Below, piece after piece: positions 35,813 to 44,852 of a DNA stretch of 64,000 nucleotides. Numbering within the stretch: the first letter of the stretch is position 1; every line of letters begins with the position of its first letter. A program made the position numbers and the translations under genes. Under the pieces are notes generated by a model, which ran no database searches, was not told the DNA's origin, and saw only the letters and a list, made by a program, of their open reading frames with translations. This DNA is from Candidatus Aminicenantales bacterium. GTDB lineage: Bacteria; Acidobacteriota; Aminicenantia; Aminicenantales; Saccharicenantaceae. Location: contig JBEKXF010000001.1 in NCBI GenBank assembly GCA_049512315.1, forward strand, positions 62,001-126,000, given 5' to 3'.

Positions 35813-37503
35813 GAGCGCAACCTTTCGCCGCCGGCGTTGTGGTCGAGCATCTCCCGCGCAATCTTGAGGGACGCGTCCGTCAGGCGGCTGCCCGCGATGA
35901 GCCGGGCGATCTCCGTCACCCGGCCTTCCCGTCCCAGGCTTTGGACAAAAGTGAAGGTCCGTTCTTTTTCGACCTTCTTCTCGACCCGGAAATGATGGCT
36001 GGCCGTGGAGGCGATCTGAGGGAGATGGGTGATGCAGATGACCTGGTGGCGGGCGGCCAGCTTGCGGAGCTTCTGGGCGATGAAGTCGGCCGTCTTACCG
36101 CCGATCCCGGAATCGATCTCGTCGAAGATCAGGGTCTTCTGGGTCTCGGAGTCCTTGCCCACGGACTTGAGGGCGAGCATGACCCGGGACAGCTCCCCGC
36201 CCGAGGCGATCCGCCGGAGCGGCCGCAGCTCTTCGCCGGGGTTCGGCGAAATGAGGAACTCCGCGTCATCGCCCCCCTGGTCCCGGATCGTAGCCGCGTC
36301 CGAGAGTGATGGGACGGTCGGGTCGATGCGGATCGCAAACCTGGCCTTCTTCATCCCGAGGAGCGCGATCTCCTTCTCCATGAGCCGCTCGAGCTCCCGG
36401 GCGGCCCCGGATCTCATGGCCCCCAGCTTCTGACAAAGGCCGCCGTATTCCCCGAACCTCGACCGGATCTCGGTCTCCATCTCCGCCAGGCGCTCCTTGC
36501 TCGTGGTGAGCGCGGCCTGCTCTTTCCGGAGCCCTTCCAGGCGTTCGATGACGGCCTCGATGGTGCCGCCGTATTTCCGCTTGAGCTTCTCGATGATGCT
36601 CAGGCGCTCCTCGACGGCCTCCGGGTCCTCCGGGTCCTCCGACCTCCTGTCCTTGAAGCGGACGAGAGAGTCGGCGACGTCCTGGAGGAGGATGGCGGCC
36701 TCCCCGAGGCCCGTCCGGAAGGCCTCGAAGGAGGCCTCGTATGCCGTGAGCTCGCCCAGGACCGACTGGAGCCGGGAGAGCAGGGGGATGAGGGAGTCCT
36801 CGCGGAGATAGGCGATGTCGAGGGCGCGGTCGACGAGGGAGGCGATCTTTTCGGCGTTCTTGAGGATCTCCCGCTCCCGGAGGAGCTCGGCGTCCTCGCC
36901 TGGCCTCAGCCGGGCGGACTCGATCTCGCGGGCCTGGAAAGCGACGAAATCGAGCCGTTGCTCCCTCTCCTTTTCCCGGGCCTCGAGCTCGCTTTTTTCC
37001 TGGAGCAGGCGCCTGAGCCCCTGGGCGGCCAGGGCGGTCTCGCGCAAGACGCCGGGCTCGTCCAGGGAGCTGTCCAGGTAGCGGAGGTGGTTCTCGAGGT
37101 GGAGAAGAAAGACATGGTCGTTCTGCCCGTAAATGTCGACGAGCCGCGGACCGAGCTCCTTGAGTTTCCGGACCGGGACGAGGACCCCATTGATATAGAC
37201 CTTGCCCGCCCCCTGGTCCGTGATCTGGCGCTGGATGAGAAGCTCGCCGTCTTCGGCCGCGGGGAGACCGCCAAGGTCGACGGGGGCTTTGGTCACGTCG
37301 AACACGGCCTCGACAAAGGCTTCCTTCTTTCCCGTGCGGACAAGGTCGGGCGCGCCCTTGTCGCCGAGGACGAGCCGGATGGCATCGATGATGATGGACT
37401 TGCCAGAGCCCGTCTCACCGGTCAGGATGGAAAACCCGGCGTCCAGCCGGATCTCGAGGTCCTCGATAGTTGCCAGATTCCTGACCCGGAGGAACTTGAT
37501 CAT
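35809..37503 (-). CDS. recN: DNA repair protein RecN
   Basis: TGETGSGKS, ASGGELSR, FDEIDSGIGG, CITHLPQIA. Confidence 0.96.
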   Translation of the reverse strand: MIKFLRVRNLATIEDLEIRLDAGFSILTGETGSGKSIIIDAIRLVLGDKGAPDLVRTGKKEAFVEAVFDVTKAPVDLGGLPAAEDGELLIQRQITDQGAGKVYINGVLVPVRKLKELGPRLVDIYGQNDHVFLLHLENHLRYLDSSLDEPGVLRETALAAQGLRRLLQEKSELEAREKEREQRLDFVAFQAREIESARLRPGEDAELLREREILKNAEKIASLVDRALDIAYLREDSLIPLLSRLQSVLGELTAYEASFEAFRTGLGEAAILLQDVADSLVRFKDRRSEDPEDPEAVEERLSIIEKLKRKYGGTIEAVIERLEGLRKEQAALTTSKERLAEMETEIRSRFGEYGGLCQKLGAMRSGAARELERLMEKEIALLGMKKARFAIRIDPTVPSLSDAATIRDQGGDDAEFLISPNPGEELRPLRRIASGGELSRVMLALKSVGKDSETQKTLIFDEIDSGIGGKTADFIAQKLRKLAARHQVICITHLPQIASTASHHFRVEKKVEKERTFTFVQSLGREGRVTEIARLIAGSRLTDASLKIAREMLDHNAGGERLRS

Positions 37504-37517
37504 GGCCTTGCCGGGTC

Positions 37518-38891
37518 TTATCGGGTGAGCTTATAGGCGACGAGGGCCCGACCCATGTTGATCCGGCCGTAGCCGAGATGATCGTCCTTGCCTGGATATT
37601 GAGCCTTGTTCACGTCGTCGGCGGTATACCGGATGATGTTCATGACCTGGTTCGGGGTCAGCCAGGGCTTATGGCTGATGAGGAGGGCCGCCAGCCCGGC
37701 CACCTGGGGAGAGGACCCGGACGTCCCCGACCCGAAAACGTAGGGCAGGTTATCGGGGCCCACGTACCACTGGGGCGCGGGGCCAAGGATCCAGACCCCG
37801 GGAGCGGCCACGTCCACCTGAGATCCGGGGCTGGAGAAGGACGCCCACGCGTCATTGTAGTCCGTGGCAGCGACGGCGAGAACGTAATCGTCGTAGGCCG
37901 CCGGATAGGAAACTGAGGTGCCGTCATTTCCGGCCGCGGCCACGACGACGACGTTCTTATCGTAGGCGTACTTGCAGGCCTCCTTCAGGGCCGGGTCGTC
38001 GGCGTCGCCGCCGGCGCTGATGTTGATGACCTTGGCCCCGTTGTCGGCCGCCCAGATGATGCCCTCGATCAGCTGGTCATAATAGCCGTTGCCGTCGGCG
38101 TCCATGACCTTGACGGGGAGGATCTTGCAGTTCCAGGCGACGCCGGCGATCCCCTCATTGTTGTTTGTTTCGGCCGCCGCGATGCCGGCGACCCAGGTAC
38201 CGTGGGAGTTGTCGTCGGTGGCGTCTGAGTCTCCGTTGATGAAATCGTAGCCGGTCGAGACGACCTTGTTCTTGAGCTCGGCATGGCTCATGTCCACGCC
38301 CGTGTCGACGACGGCGATGATGGTCCCCGCGTCACCCTTGGTCACATCCCAGGCCGGGGTCGCCTTGATGTCGGCGCCGGCCGTCATCTGAGGTTGGGTA
38401 TCCGGGCTGATGTTGAGAATGCCTCCCCGGTTGGAGAGGTTATACTGATACGCGGAGAAATAGGTATCGTTCGGGACCGTGAACAGGCGCGTCCGGTAGT
38501 CCGGCCCGGCGTATTCCACCTCCGGGTTCTGGCGGAGGACGGTGAGCATCTCGCGGACGGTCACGTTCGGGGGAATCTGGACCCGGTAAACGCCGGTTCC
38601 GGCGATCCGCCGGATCTTGCCGAGCGCGTGGTATTGGAGGATCCCCTCGGCGCTACCCGCGCTGACCCCCGGCCGGAACTTGACGAGGATCCGGTCGGTG
38701 GCAAGCCTGGACTTCGCGGACCGTCCGGGCCGTTCGACCCTGAGGACCCGGTCCGCCCGGAAGCCGGACCGGTCGTTGCGCTTCCCGGCTTTTTGCAGGC
38801 TGGAATTGGCGGAACCCAGCCCGAGCAGCAGGAGGACACAAAGGACCAGGACCGGACGGAAGGCTTTCTTGCCGAAGAAGTTCATGATCAC
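37518..38891 (-). CDS. Secreted S8 subtilisin-like serine protease
   Basis: Signal peptide, prodomain, VDTGVD / HGTWVAG / GTSGSSP triad. Confidence 0.9.
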   Translation of the reverse strand: MIMNFFGKKAFRPVLVLCVLLLLGLGSANSSLQKAGKRNDRSGFRADRVLRVERPGRSAKSRLATDRILVKFRPGVSAGSAEGILQYHALGKIRRIAGTGVYRVQIPPNVTVREMLTVLRQNPEVEYAGPDYRTRLFTVPNDTYFSAYQYNLSNRGGILNISPDTQPQMTAGADIKATPAWDVTKGDAGTIIAVVDTGVDMSHAELKNKVVSTGYDFINGDSDATDDNSHGTWVAGIAAAETNNNEGIAGVAWNCKILPVKVMDADGNGYYDQLIEGIIWAADNGAKVINISAGGDADDPALKEACKYAYDKNVVVVAAAGNDGTSVSYPAAYDDYVLAVAATDYNDAWASFSSPGSQVDVAAPGVWILGPAPQWYVGPDNLPYVFGSGTSGSSPQVAGLAALLISHKPWLTPNQVMNIIRYTADDVNKAQYPGKDDHLGYGRINMGRALVAYKLTR

Positions 38892-38900
38892 CTCCTGAGC

Positions 38901-39671
38901 CTAGAAGAAAAATAGGCACCCGGCCGAAACCGTCCCGTCGATACCTCCGGCGTAGGGAAGGAATCCCGCTTCCGCCCTGAGGCTGATGCGGTCGGAGACC
39001 TTATAATCGGCCCCCAGGGAGATCTCCACCAGACTCTTCCCCCTGATCTTCTTGGTTTCCTGACCGTAGAGGTCGCTCAGCGTCTCGTCCAGCTTGAAAT
39101 TTCCCCAGAACCAGCTCCCCAAAATGCTGAGGAAGGGGACGAACTTGCCGGGAAAGATGTACGAGATCCTGGGACCGACGGAAGCCCGCATCCAGGTCGG
39201 CCCGCCCCTGGAAGTTCCGGGCACACTGAACCCTTCGAGCGTCCACGTCTTGGTGCTCCCAGGAGAATAGACGAACCGTCCGACCCCTTCGATATCAAAG
39301 TCGCCGAGGCGAAGGAGGCCGGCCCGGACCCCGGCCCCGATAAGAAGGCCCGTCACCGCTCCGGCTTCATAGTCGATCGAGATGGGGAGGTGAACGAAGT
39401 GGAGGCCGTTGAAATTGGAGAGCGAAAAGCCGGCTTCAAGGTCGAAGACAAGGCCCGGCCGGGGCTCGATCTCCGCCCGGGCCATGATGAGATCGGCCGA
39501 GGATTTGGACAGCCGGACCTTATCCTCGACCGTCCGCGAGAAATGCTCGAAACTGATCCCGGCCCTGAAGGAGGCCTTGTTCTCCGAGGCGCCCGACGGG
39601 ACGGCCGTAAAAAGAACCAAGAGGGTCAAGGACAGGAAGACAGGGGGCAAGCTTCGGGGTGGCTTTTTCAT
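38901..39671 (-). CDS. Exported beta-barrel-like outer membrane protein
   Basis: Signal peptide, amphipathic strands, terminal Phe; start re-called at MKKPP. Confidence 0.55.
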   Translation of the reverse strand: MKKPPRSLPPVFLSLTLLVLFTAVPSGASENKASFRAGISFEHFSRTVEDKVRLSKSSADLIMARAEIEPRPGLVFDLEAGFSLSNFNGLHFVHLPISIDYEAGAVTGLLIGAGVRAGLLRLGDFDIEGVGRFVYSPGSTKTWTLEGFSVPGTSRGGPTWMRASVGPRISYIFPGKFVPFLSILGSWFWGNFKLDETLSDLYGQETKKIRGKSLVEISLGADYKVSDRISLRAEAGFLPYAGGIDGTVSAGCLFFF

Positions 39672-39700
39672 GGGTACACCTCCTCCGGAGTCGTTCGGGG

Positions 39701-40516
39701 TCACTTGACCTTGTTCGGGACGGCTTTTTTGTTGGCATCGATCTGTTTCAGGCGTGCCGTGGCTTTCTTGACCAGCTTGCTCTTCGGGTAATCGGAGACG
39801 AGCTTGGTGAAATAGGGGACGGCCTGATCGGGCGCCTTGCTCTGGAAGTAGGACTCGCCAAGGTAGAAATAGACGACGTCCATGTGCGAATAATTGGGGT
39901 AGGTCGTCATGACTTCACTCAGCCGGCTGATGGCCGCTCGGTTCACCTGCATCTTGGAGTATTGCGTTCCGATGCCGGTTTCGTGCTCGGCCAGCCGCTC
40001 CTCGCAGTCCTTGATCTTTTCCTGGGTTTCCTTCGCCTGGTCGCTGGCGGGATAGTCCGTGATGAGCTTTTTGAACTCCGCAAGCGCCTGGACCGTCTTG
40101 GCCTGATCGCGGCCGGGCTTCAGGGCCTTCTTGTAGGAGGCCATGGCGATCTGGTACTGGCAGTAGGAGGCCGACGGACTGAAGGGGTAGGACTTGATGA
40201 ACTCCCGGTACTCGGCCGCGGCCAGGATCATGCTGCCGTCGTCCCCTTTCTTGAAATACGTGTCGGCGATGAGGAGCTTGGCCCTCTGGGCATAGAAGCT
40301 CTTGGGGAAGGAATCGATGACCTGGCGGAGGTACAGGAGGGCCTTCTCCGAGTCTTTCTTCATCTCGGCCTCGCCGAGCTTGAACAGGGCCTCGTCGGAA
40401 GCGGCGATGTCCGGGGAGATCTGGACAGGCTTCTTCCTGCAGCCGGTGGCGAAGGTGAGGGCCGCGGCGAGCGCGAGCGTCAGGGCGAGGGTCTTCCGTA
40501 CGGGGTGTGATGTCAT
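39701..40516 (-). CDS. bamD: Outer membrane assembly lipoprotein BamD
   Basis: Lipobox ATGC, TPRs, FP.S, RDQ..T..A, LAEHE. Confidence 0.85.
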   Translation of the reverse strand: MTSHPVRKTLALTLALAAALTFATGCRKKPVQISPDIAASDEALFKLGEAEMKKDSEKALLYLRQVIDSFPKSFYAQRAKLLIADTYFKKGDDGSMILAAAEYREFIKSYPFSPSASYCQYQIAMASYKKALKPGRDQAKTVQALAEFKKLITDYPASDQAKETQEKIKDCEERLAEHETGIGTQYSKMQVNRAAISRLSEVMTTYPNYSHMDVVYFYLGESYFQSKAPDQAVPYFTKLVSDYPKSKLVKKATARLKQIDANKKAVPNKVK

Positions 40517-40517
40517 G

Positions 40518-41198
40518 TCATCCGTCCTTGTGACCGGCCACTCGGGCCGCGATCCGTTTCATCTCCCGGATGACCCCTGCGGGGTCCGGGGCTTCGAAAA
40601 TGGCCGAACCGGCGACGACAACGTCCATGCCAGCCCGGAGGATGTCCTCCAGGTTGTCGAGTTTGATCCCGCCGTCGACCTCGACCGGGGCCTCGAGCTT
40701 TTCTTCCCGCAGCCAGGCCTGGAGGTTGCGGATCTTGTCCAGGCAGGAGGGGATGAAGGACTGTCCCCCCCAACCCGGGTTGACCGACATCAAGAGGATG
40801 AAATCCACGTCCCTGAGGATCTCGCGGAGGGACTCAAGCGGCGTCGCCGGATTGAGGGCGACCCCGGCCTTCCGGCCGAGCTCCTTGATCATCGTGACGT
40901 CCTTGTGGAGGTGGGCGGTGGCCTCGACGTGGAGGGAGATCCAGTCCGCCCCGGCTTCGTGGAAAAGGGGGACGAAGGCGCGCGGGTTCTCGACCATCAG
41001 GTGGACGTCGATCGGCAGGCGGGTCCTCTTCCGGACGGATTCGACGAGCCGGGGCCCGAGGGTCAGGTTGGGGACGAAATGGCCGTCCATGATGTCGACG
41101 TGGATGAGGTCCGCGCCCGCGCTTTCGGCCAGCTCGACGGCCTCTCCGATCCGCGAGAAATCGGCCGAAAGGATGGAGGCGGCGATCCGGGCCTTCAC
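40518..41198 (-). CDS. rpe: Ribulose-phosphate 3-epimerase
   Basis: HVDIMDGHFVPN, DVHLM, MSVNPG, EVDGG. Confidence 0.96.
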   Translation of the reverse strand: MKARIAASILSADFSRIGEAVELAESAGADLIHVDIMDGHFVPNLTLGPRLVESVRKRTRLPIDVHLMVENPRAFVPLFHEAGADWISLHVEATAHLHKDVTMIKELGRKAGVALNPATPLESLREILRDVDFILLMSVNPGWGGQSFIPSCLDKIRNLQAWLREEKLEAPVEVDGGIKLDNLEDILRAGMDVVVAGSAIFEAPDPAGVIREMKRIAARVAGHKDG

Positions 41199-41914
41199 CG
41201 GCTGACCTCCAGCGTGATCAGGTTCCTTTTCTGGATCTTGTAGCCGGCCGGCGGGAACTGCCCGACGATGAAGCCCGAGGACCGGCCGGGATAATAACGG
41301 TATTGAATGTCGGCGACCTTGAAATTCAGGGCTTTCAGCCAGGCGACGACGCGGTCGGCCCGGAGGCCGACGAGGAAGTCGGGCATGATGTAGCGGTCCT
41401 CCCGGTCGCCCTGGCTGAGGAGAAGGCCCACTTGCGTGTTCCGTTCCACGACCTCGTCGGAGGCGGGCTTCTGGGCAATGACCCGGCCGGCGGGGTAGCG
41501 CGACGTGTGGATCTGGCTCAATTTCCCCTTATAGAGGCCTCCACCTTGGAGCAGAGTCAGCCCGGTGTCGAGGCTCTTGTTGATGAGGTTGGGGACCTTG
41601 ACGCTCTGGCTCCCGGCGCTGGTGACGACCTGGACGACGGTGGTCACGCGGATCCTGGAGTCCGGGGCCGGGTCCTGCCTGATGACGAGGCCGCGCTCCA
41701 GACTGTCATTGAACTCCGAGCCTCGCTGGGCCACGGACAGGTCCTTCTTCGCGAGCTCCATCCTGGCCTGGGCCACGGTCTTTCCCGTAAGGTCGGGGAC
41801 CGTGACGGTCTCGCCCTTCAGAATGACCTGGGAGAAGACAATGGCGGCCAGGAAAAAGAGGATGAAAAACAGGAGGGAATAAAGGGCCAGATTAAAGAGG
41901 ATTCGCTTCGGCAT
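41195..41914 (-). CDS. Membrane-anchored PASTA domain protein
   Basis: N-terminal TM followed by three VPDL/VPNL/MPDF...Q.P repeats. Confidence 0.85.
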   Translation of the reverse strand: MPKRILFNLALYSLLFFILFFLAAIVFSQVILKGETVTVPDLTGKTVAQARMELAKKDLSVAQRGSEFNDSLERGLVIRQDPAPDSRIRVTTVVQVVTSAGSQSVKVPNLINKSLDTGLTLLQGGGLYKGKLSQIHTSRYPAGRVIAQKPASDEVVERNTQVGLLLSQGDREDRYIMPDFLVGLRADRVVAWLKALNFKVADIQYRYYPGRSSGFIVGQFPPAGYKIQKRNLITLEVSR

Positions 41915-41996
41915 GCGCGATGTTCACGTCCTGATTATCGGGGATATTATTATCATAGAATCGGAACCAAGTAAACCCGCAAACCGTTGCCGCGAA

Positions 41997-42025
41997 TTGA
42001 CCCGTTGCCACCTTCCTCTTATAAT
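41997..42025 (+). promoter_or_regulatory. Sigma70-like promoter of ltaE
   Basis: TTGACC, 17 nt spacer, TATAAT (42020-42025). Confidence 0.55.
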
Positions 42026-42052
42026 GAGGCCTCTCGAACGAGGAGCGCGAAC

Positions 42053-43087
42053 ATGATGACTTATTCGGATTTCCGCAGCGACACCGTGACCCGGCCGACC
42101 GAGAAAATGCGGAAGGCCATGGCTGACGCCGTCGTCGGTGACGACGTTCTGGGGGACGACCCGACCGTCCAGAAGCTCGAGGCCATGGCGGCCGAGGTGA
42201 TGGGCAAGGAAGCCGGCCTTTTCTGTCCCTCGGGCACGATGGGCAACTCCATCGCGGTCAAGATGTGGACGAACGTCCTGGAGGAGGTCATCGTCGAAGA
42301 GAGATCGCACATTTATAACATGGAATCCACCCACATGACCTTCGTCTCCGGCGTTACGCCAAGGCCCGTGAGGTCGGAGGGGGGGGCCATGGACCCGAAG
42401 GACGTCACCGCGAATATCCGGACGCCGAACGTGCATACGCCCCGGACTTCGCTCATCTGTTTGGAGAACACCCACAACAACTGGGGCGGGGCCGTTCTGC
42501 CCCTCGAGAATTTCAAGGCCATCCGGAAGATCGCCGACGAGAACGGGCTGAAGGTCCACCTGGACGGGGCCCGAATCTTCAACGCCAGCCACGCCTCGGG
42601 CGTCCCCGTCAAGGAATACGCCAGGTGCGTCGATTCCGTGATGTTCTGCCTGTCCAAGGGTCTTTCGGCGCCGGTCGGATCGATGCTCGTTGCGGACAAG
42701 GAGCGCATCGAATTCGGCCGCCGCTTGAGGAAGGCGTTGGGCGGCGGCATGCGGCAGGTCGGCGTCCTGGCCGCGCCCGGAATGATCGCCCTGACCGAGA
42801 TGGTCGGCCGGCTGAAAGATGATCATGCGCGGGCAAAGAACCTCGCCCAGGGCATCCACGGCCTTCCGGGGGTCAAAATCAACCCCGAGTCCGTCCAGAC
42901 GAACATCATCATCTTCGGCTTTGACCACCCGGTGATCGCCGTTCCTGCGATGCTCGACAAGATGAAAGAAAAGGGCATCCTCGCTCTGGCCGTAAGCGGC
43001 GGCATCCGCATGGTCACCCACAAGGACGTGGGTGATGATGACGTCGACCGGGCCATTAGGGCGTTTAAAGAGATACTGGTCAGGTGA
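42053..43087 (+). CDS. ltaE: Low-specificity L-threonine aldolase
   Basis: DFRSDTVTRPT, LENTHN, HLDGARIFNA, CLSKGLSAP. Confidence 0.92.
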   Translation: MMTYSDFRSDTVTRPTEKMRKAMADAVVGDDVLGDDPTVQKLEAMAAEVMGKEAGLFCPSGTMGNSIAVKMWTNVLEEVIVEERSHIYNMESTHMTFVSGVTPRPVRSEGGAMDPKDVTANIRTPNVHTPRTSLICLENTHNNWGGAVLPLENFKAIRKIADENGLKVHLDGARIFNASHASGVPVKEYARCVDSVMFCLSKGLSAPVGSMLVADKERIEFGRRLRKALGGGMRQVGVLAAPGMIALTEMVGRLKDDHARAKNLAQGIHGLPGVKINPESVQTNIIIFGFDHPVIAVPAMLDKMKEKGILALAVSGGIRMVTHKDVGDDDVDRAIRAFKEILVR

Positions 43088-43093
43088 TAAAGA

Positions 43094-43855
43094 TTGCCCG
43101 GGCCAATCGTCCGCGAGGTTGAAGCCAAATCCATCCTCAACGCCTCGAAGATCTATGACTACTGCGTCAACCCTTTTACCGGGTGCGAAGTCGGCTGCAT
43201 CTATTGCTACGCGGCGCTGTTCATGAGGCGATACAGCGGCCACAGCGAGCCGTGGGGTGAGTTCGTCGACGTCAAGGTCAACGCGCCCGCGCTGTTGGCC
43301 AAGCAGATCGTCAAGGCCAAGCGGGGGACGATCTGGTTCGCCTCGGTCTGCGACCCCTATCAACCGCAGGAGGAGCGTTATGGGCTGACTCGTCGCTGCC
43401 TTGAAGTGCTCGTTGGCCACGACTTCCCGGTCGAGATCCAGACGAAGTCGTCACGGGTGCGCCGCGATCTCGACGTCATCCGGCGCATCCCGGATGTGGA
43501 GGTCGGCTTCACCATTGCCACCGACGACGAGACGATCGCCGGGATGTTCGAACCGCGGGCCTCGCCCGTTCGGGAGCGGATCGAGGTTCTGAAGGAGTTC
43601 AAGGCCGCCGGCGTCAGTACGTTCGCCTTCGCCGGCCCGCTCCTGCCGGGGAACCCCGAGCGGCTGGCCACGCTCCTTTCCGGCGCCGCCGACCGCGTCC
43701 TTATCGACCGGATGAATTATATTCCTGCGGTGAAGGCCTTCTACGCCCGCCACGGCTTGTTGGACGCCCTGTCGGATTCCTTCTTCCGGAGGCAGTCTGC
43801 GCGATTGGCAAAGGCCCTGCGCGCCCGCGGCATCCGCGTCGAAACGGTATTTTAG
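43094..43855 (+). CDS. Radical SAM protein, spore-photoproduct-lyase-like family
   Basis: NPFTGCEVGCIYCYA, DPYQPQE..Y.LTR. Confidence 0.82.
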   Translation: MPGPIVREVEAKSILNASKIYDYCVNPFTGCEVGCIYCYAALFMRRYSGHSEPWGEFVDVKVNAPALLAKQIVKAKRGTIWFASVCDPYQPQEERYGLTRRCLEVLVGHDFPVEIQTKSSRVRRDLDVIRRIPDVEVGFTIATDDETIAGMFEPRASPVRERIEVLKEFKAAGVSTFAFAGPLLPGNPERLATLLSGAADRVLIDRMNYIPAVKAFYARHGLLDALSDSFFRRQSARLAKALRARGIRVETVF

Positions 43856-43969
43856 CCCGCGTTCAGCCGCCGTCCATGGCCGAAGCCAGAACCGCCCTCG
43901 GTTTTTTTGCGGAACCCCCGCTCGGGCTTTGCCCTCATGAATCGTAGCCGAATCATGAGGACTGCGAAG

Positions 43970-44180
43970 CGCGGCCCGCATCCGGTGGCCGGACTGCCAT
44001 GCGGAACACCTCTTCCTGACATTCTCCTGCATGGTCCTCGGCTTCTGCCCTTCCTGCCATGCCAAGTGGCTTGCGGAGCGGTGTGATCGGGTGCGCGAGA
44101 TGCTCCTTGTCGATGTCTCTCTCATCGCCTGGTGAGCTTCGTCATCCCTAAGACGCTGCCGATTTTCATCAAAATAAGGC
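43970..44180 (+). pseudogene. IS91-family (Y2) transposase zinc-binding domain remnant
   Basis: Manual translation ARIRWPDCHAEHLFLTFSCMVLGFCPSCHAKW..., stop/frameshift, then FVIPKTL; degenerate copy of the IS91 CxxC...SC..RGFCPSC motif. Confidence 0.7.
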
Positions 44181-44370
44181 GCCGTCTCCTAGGCGAACTC
44201 TTGGCGCCGAAACCTCACGGACGGGGCCTTTTAAGGCCGGATGGGTCAAAAACGTTACATTGGCAGATAATGTCGCATTATTTCGCATCCTAGCGTTCCT
44301 GCTCCCTTGACAAACGGGCCTCCGATTTATTATATAAAGTATATATTTTGGTATAGTTGGGGTGAGTTTG

Positions 44371-44793
44371 ATGAAGCAAGCTAATTTCGAAAAATCCCAA
44401 AATCCGGATTCCGGGACTTTGAAGGCCGGACCTCCAGAAACTGAAAGCACCGCGCGGACGATTCCGGTCGCAGATCACGCTACCGATTACGACAAGTTTT
44501 CTGCCGAGCTTTTCGACCTCATCGTGCGGCATTTCTGCCTGGATCGTGCAGTGTGCCTGAAGGCCTTGATGGAGCAGTTCGAAAAGGAGCTCATCGTCCA
44601 CGTCCTAGACGAGACGCACTGGAACCAGCGCCGGACGGCCAGGATCCTCGGGGTCAAGTACACGACGCTGAACTATAAGATCCTCAAGCTGGGGCTTAAT
44701 TCGCCCGGGATCGACCATGAGCCTTGGAGTCTTCATGCTATCTTATCGGAAGACCAGGGCAGCCAGCAAAAGGGCCAACGCTCTGGGGTTTGA
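44371..44793 (+). CDS. Stand-alone Fis-type HTH protein
   Basis: FEKELIVHVLDETHWNQRRTARILGVKYTTLNYKI is an HTH_8 pattern. Confidence 0.75.
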   Translation: MKQANFEKSQNPDSGTLKAGPPETESTARTIPVADHATDYDKFSAELFDLIVRHFCLDRAVCLKALMEQFEKELIVHVLDETHWNQRRTARILGVKYTTLNYKILKLGLNSPGIDHEPWSLHAILSEDQGSQQKGQRSGV

Positions 44794-44852
44794 GCGGAGC
44801 GGGACTCCTTTTTTAACTCCAGCCCGCGTCAGCACGGCCGGGGGGTAGGATT

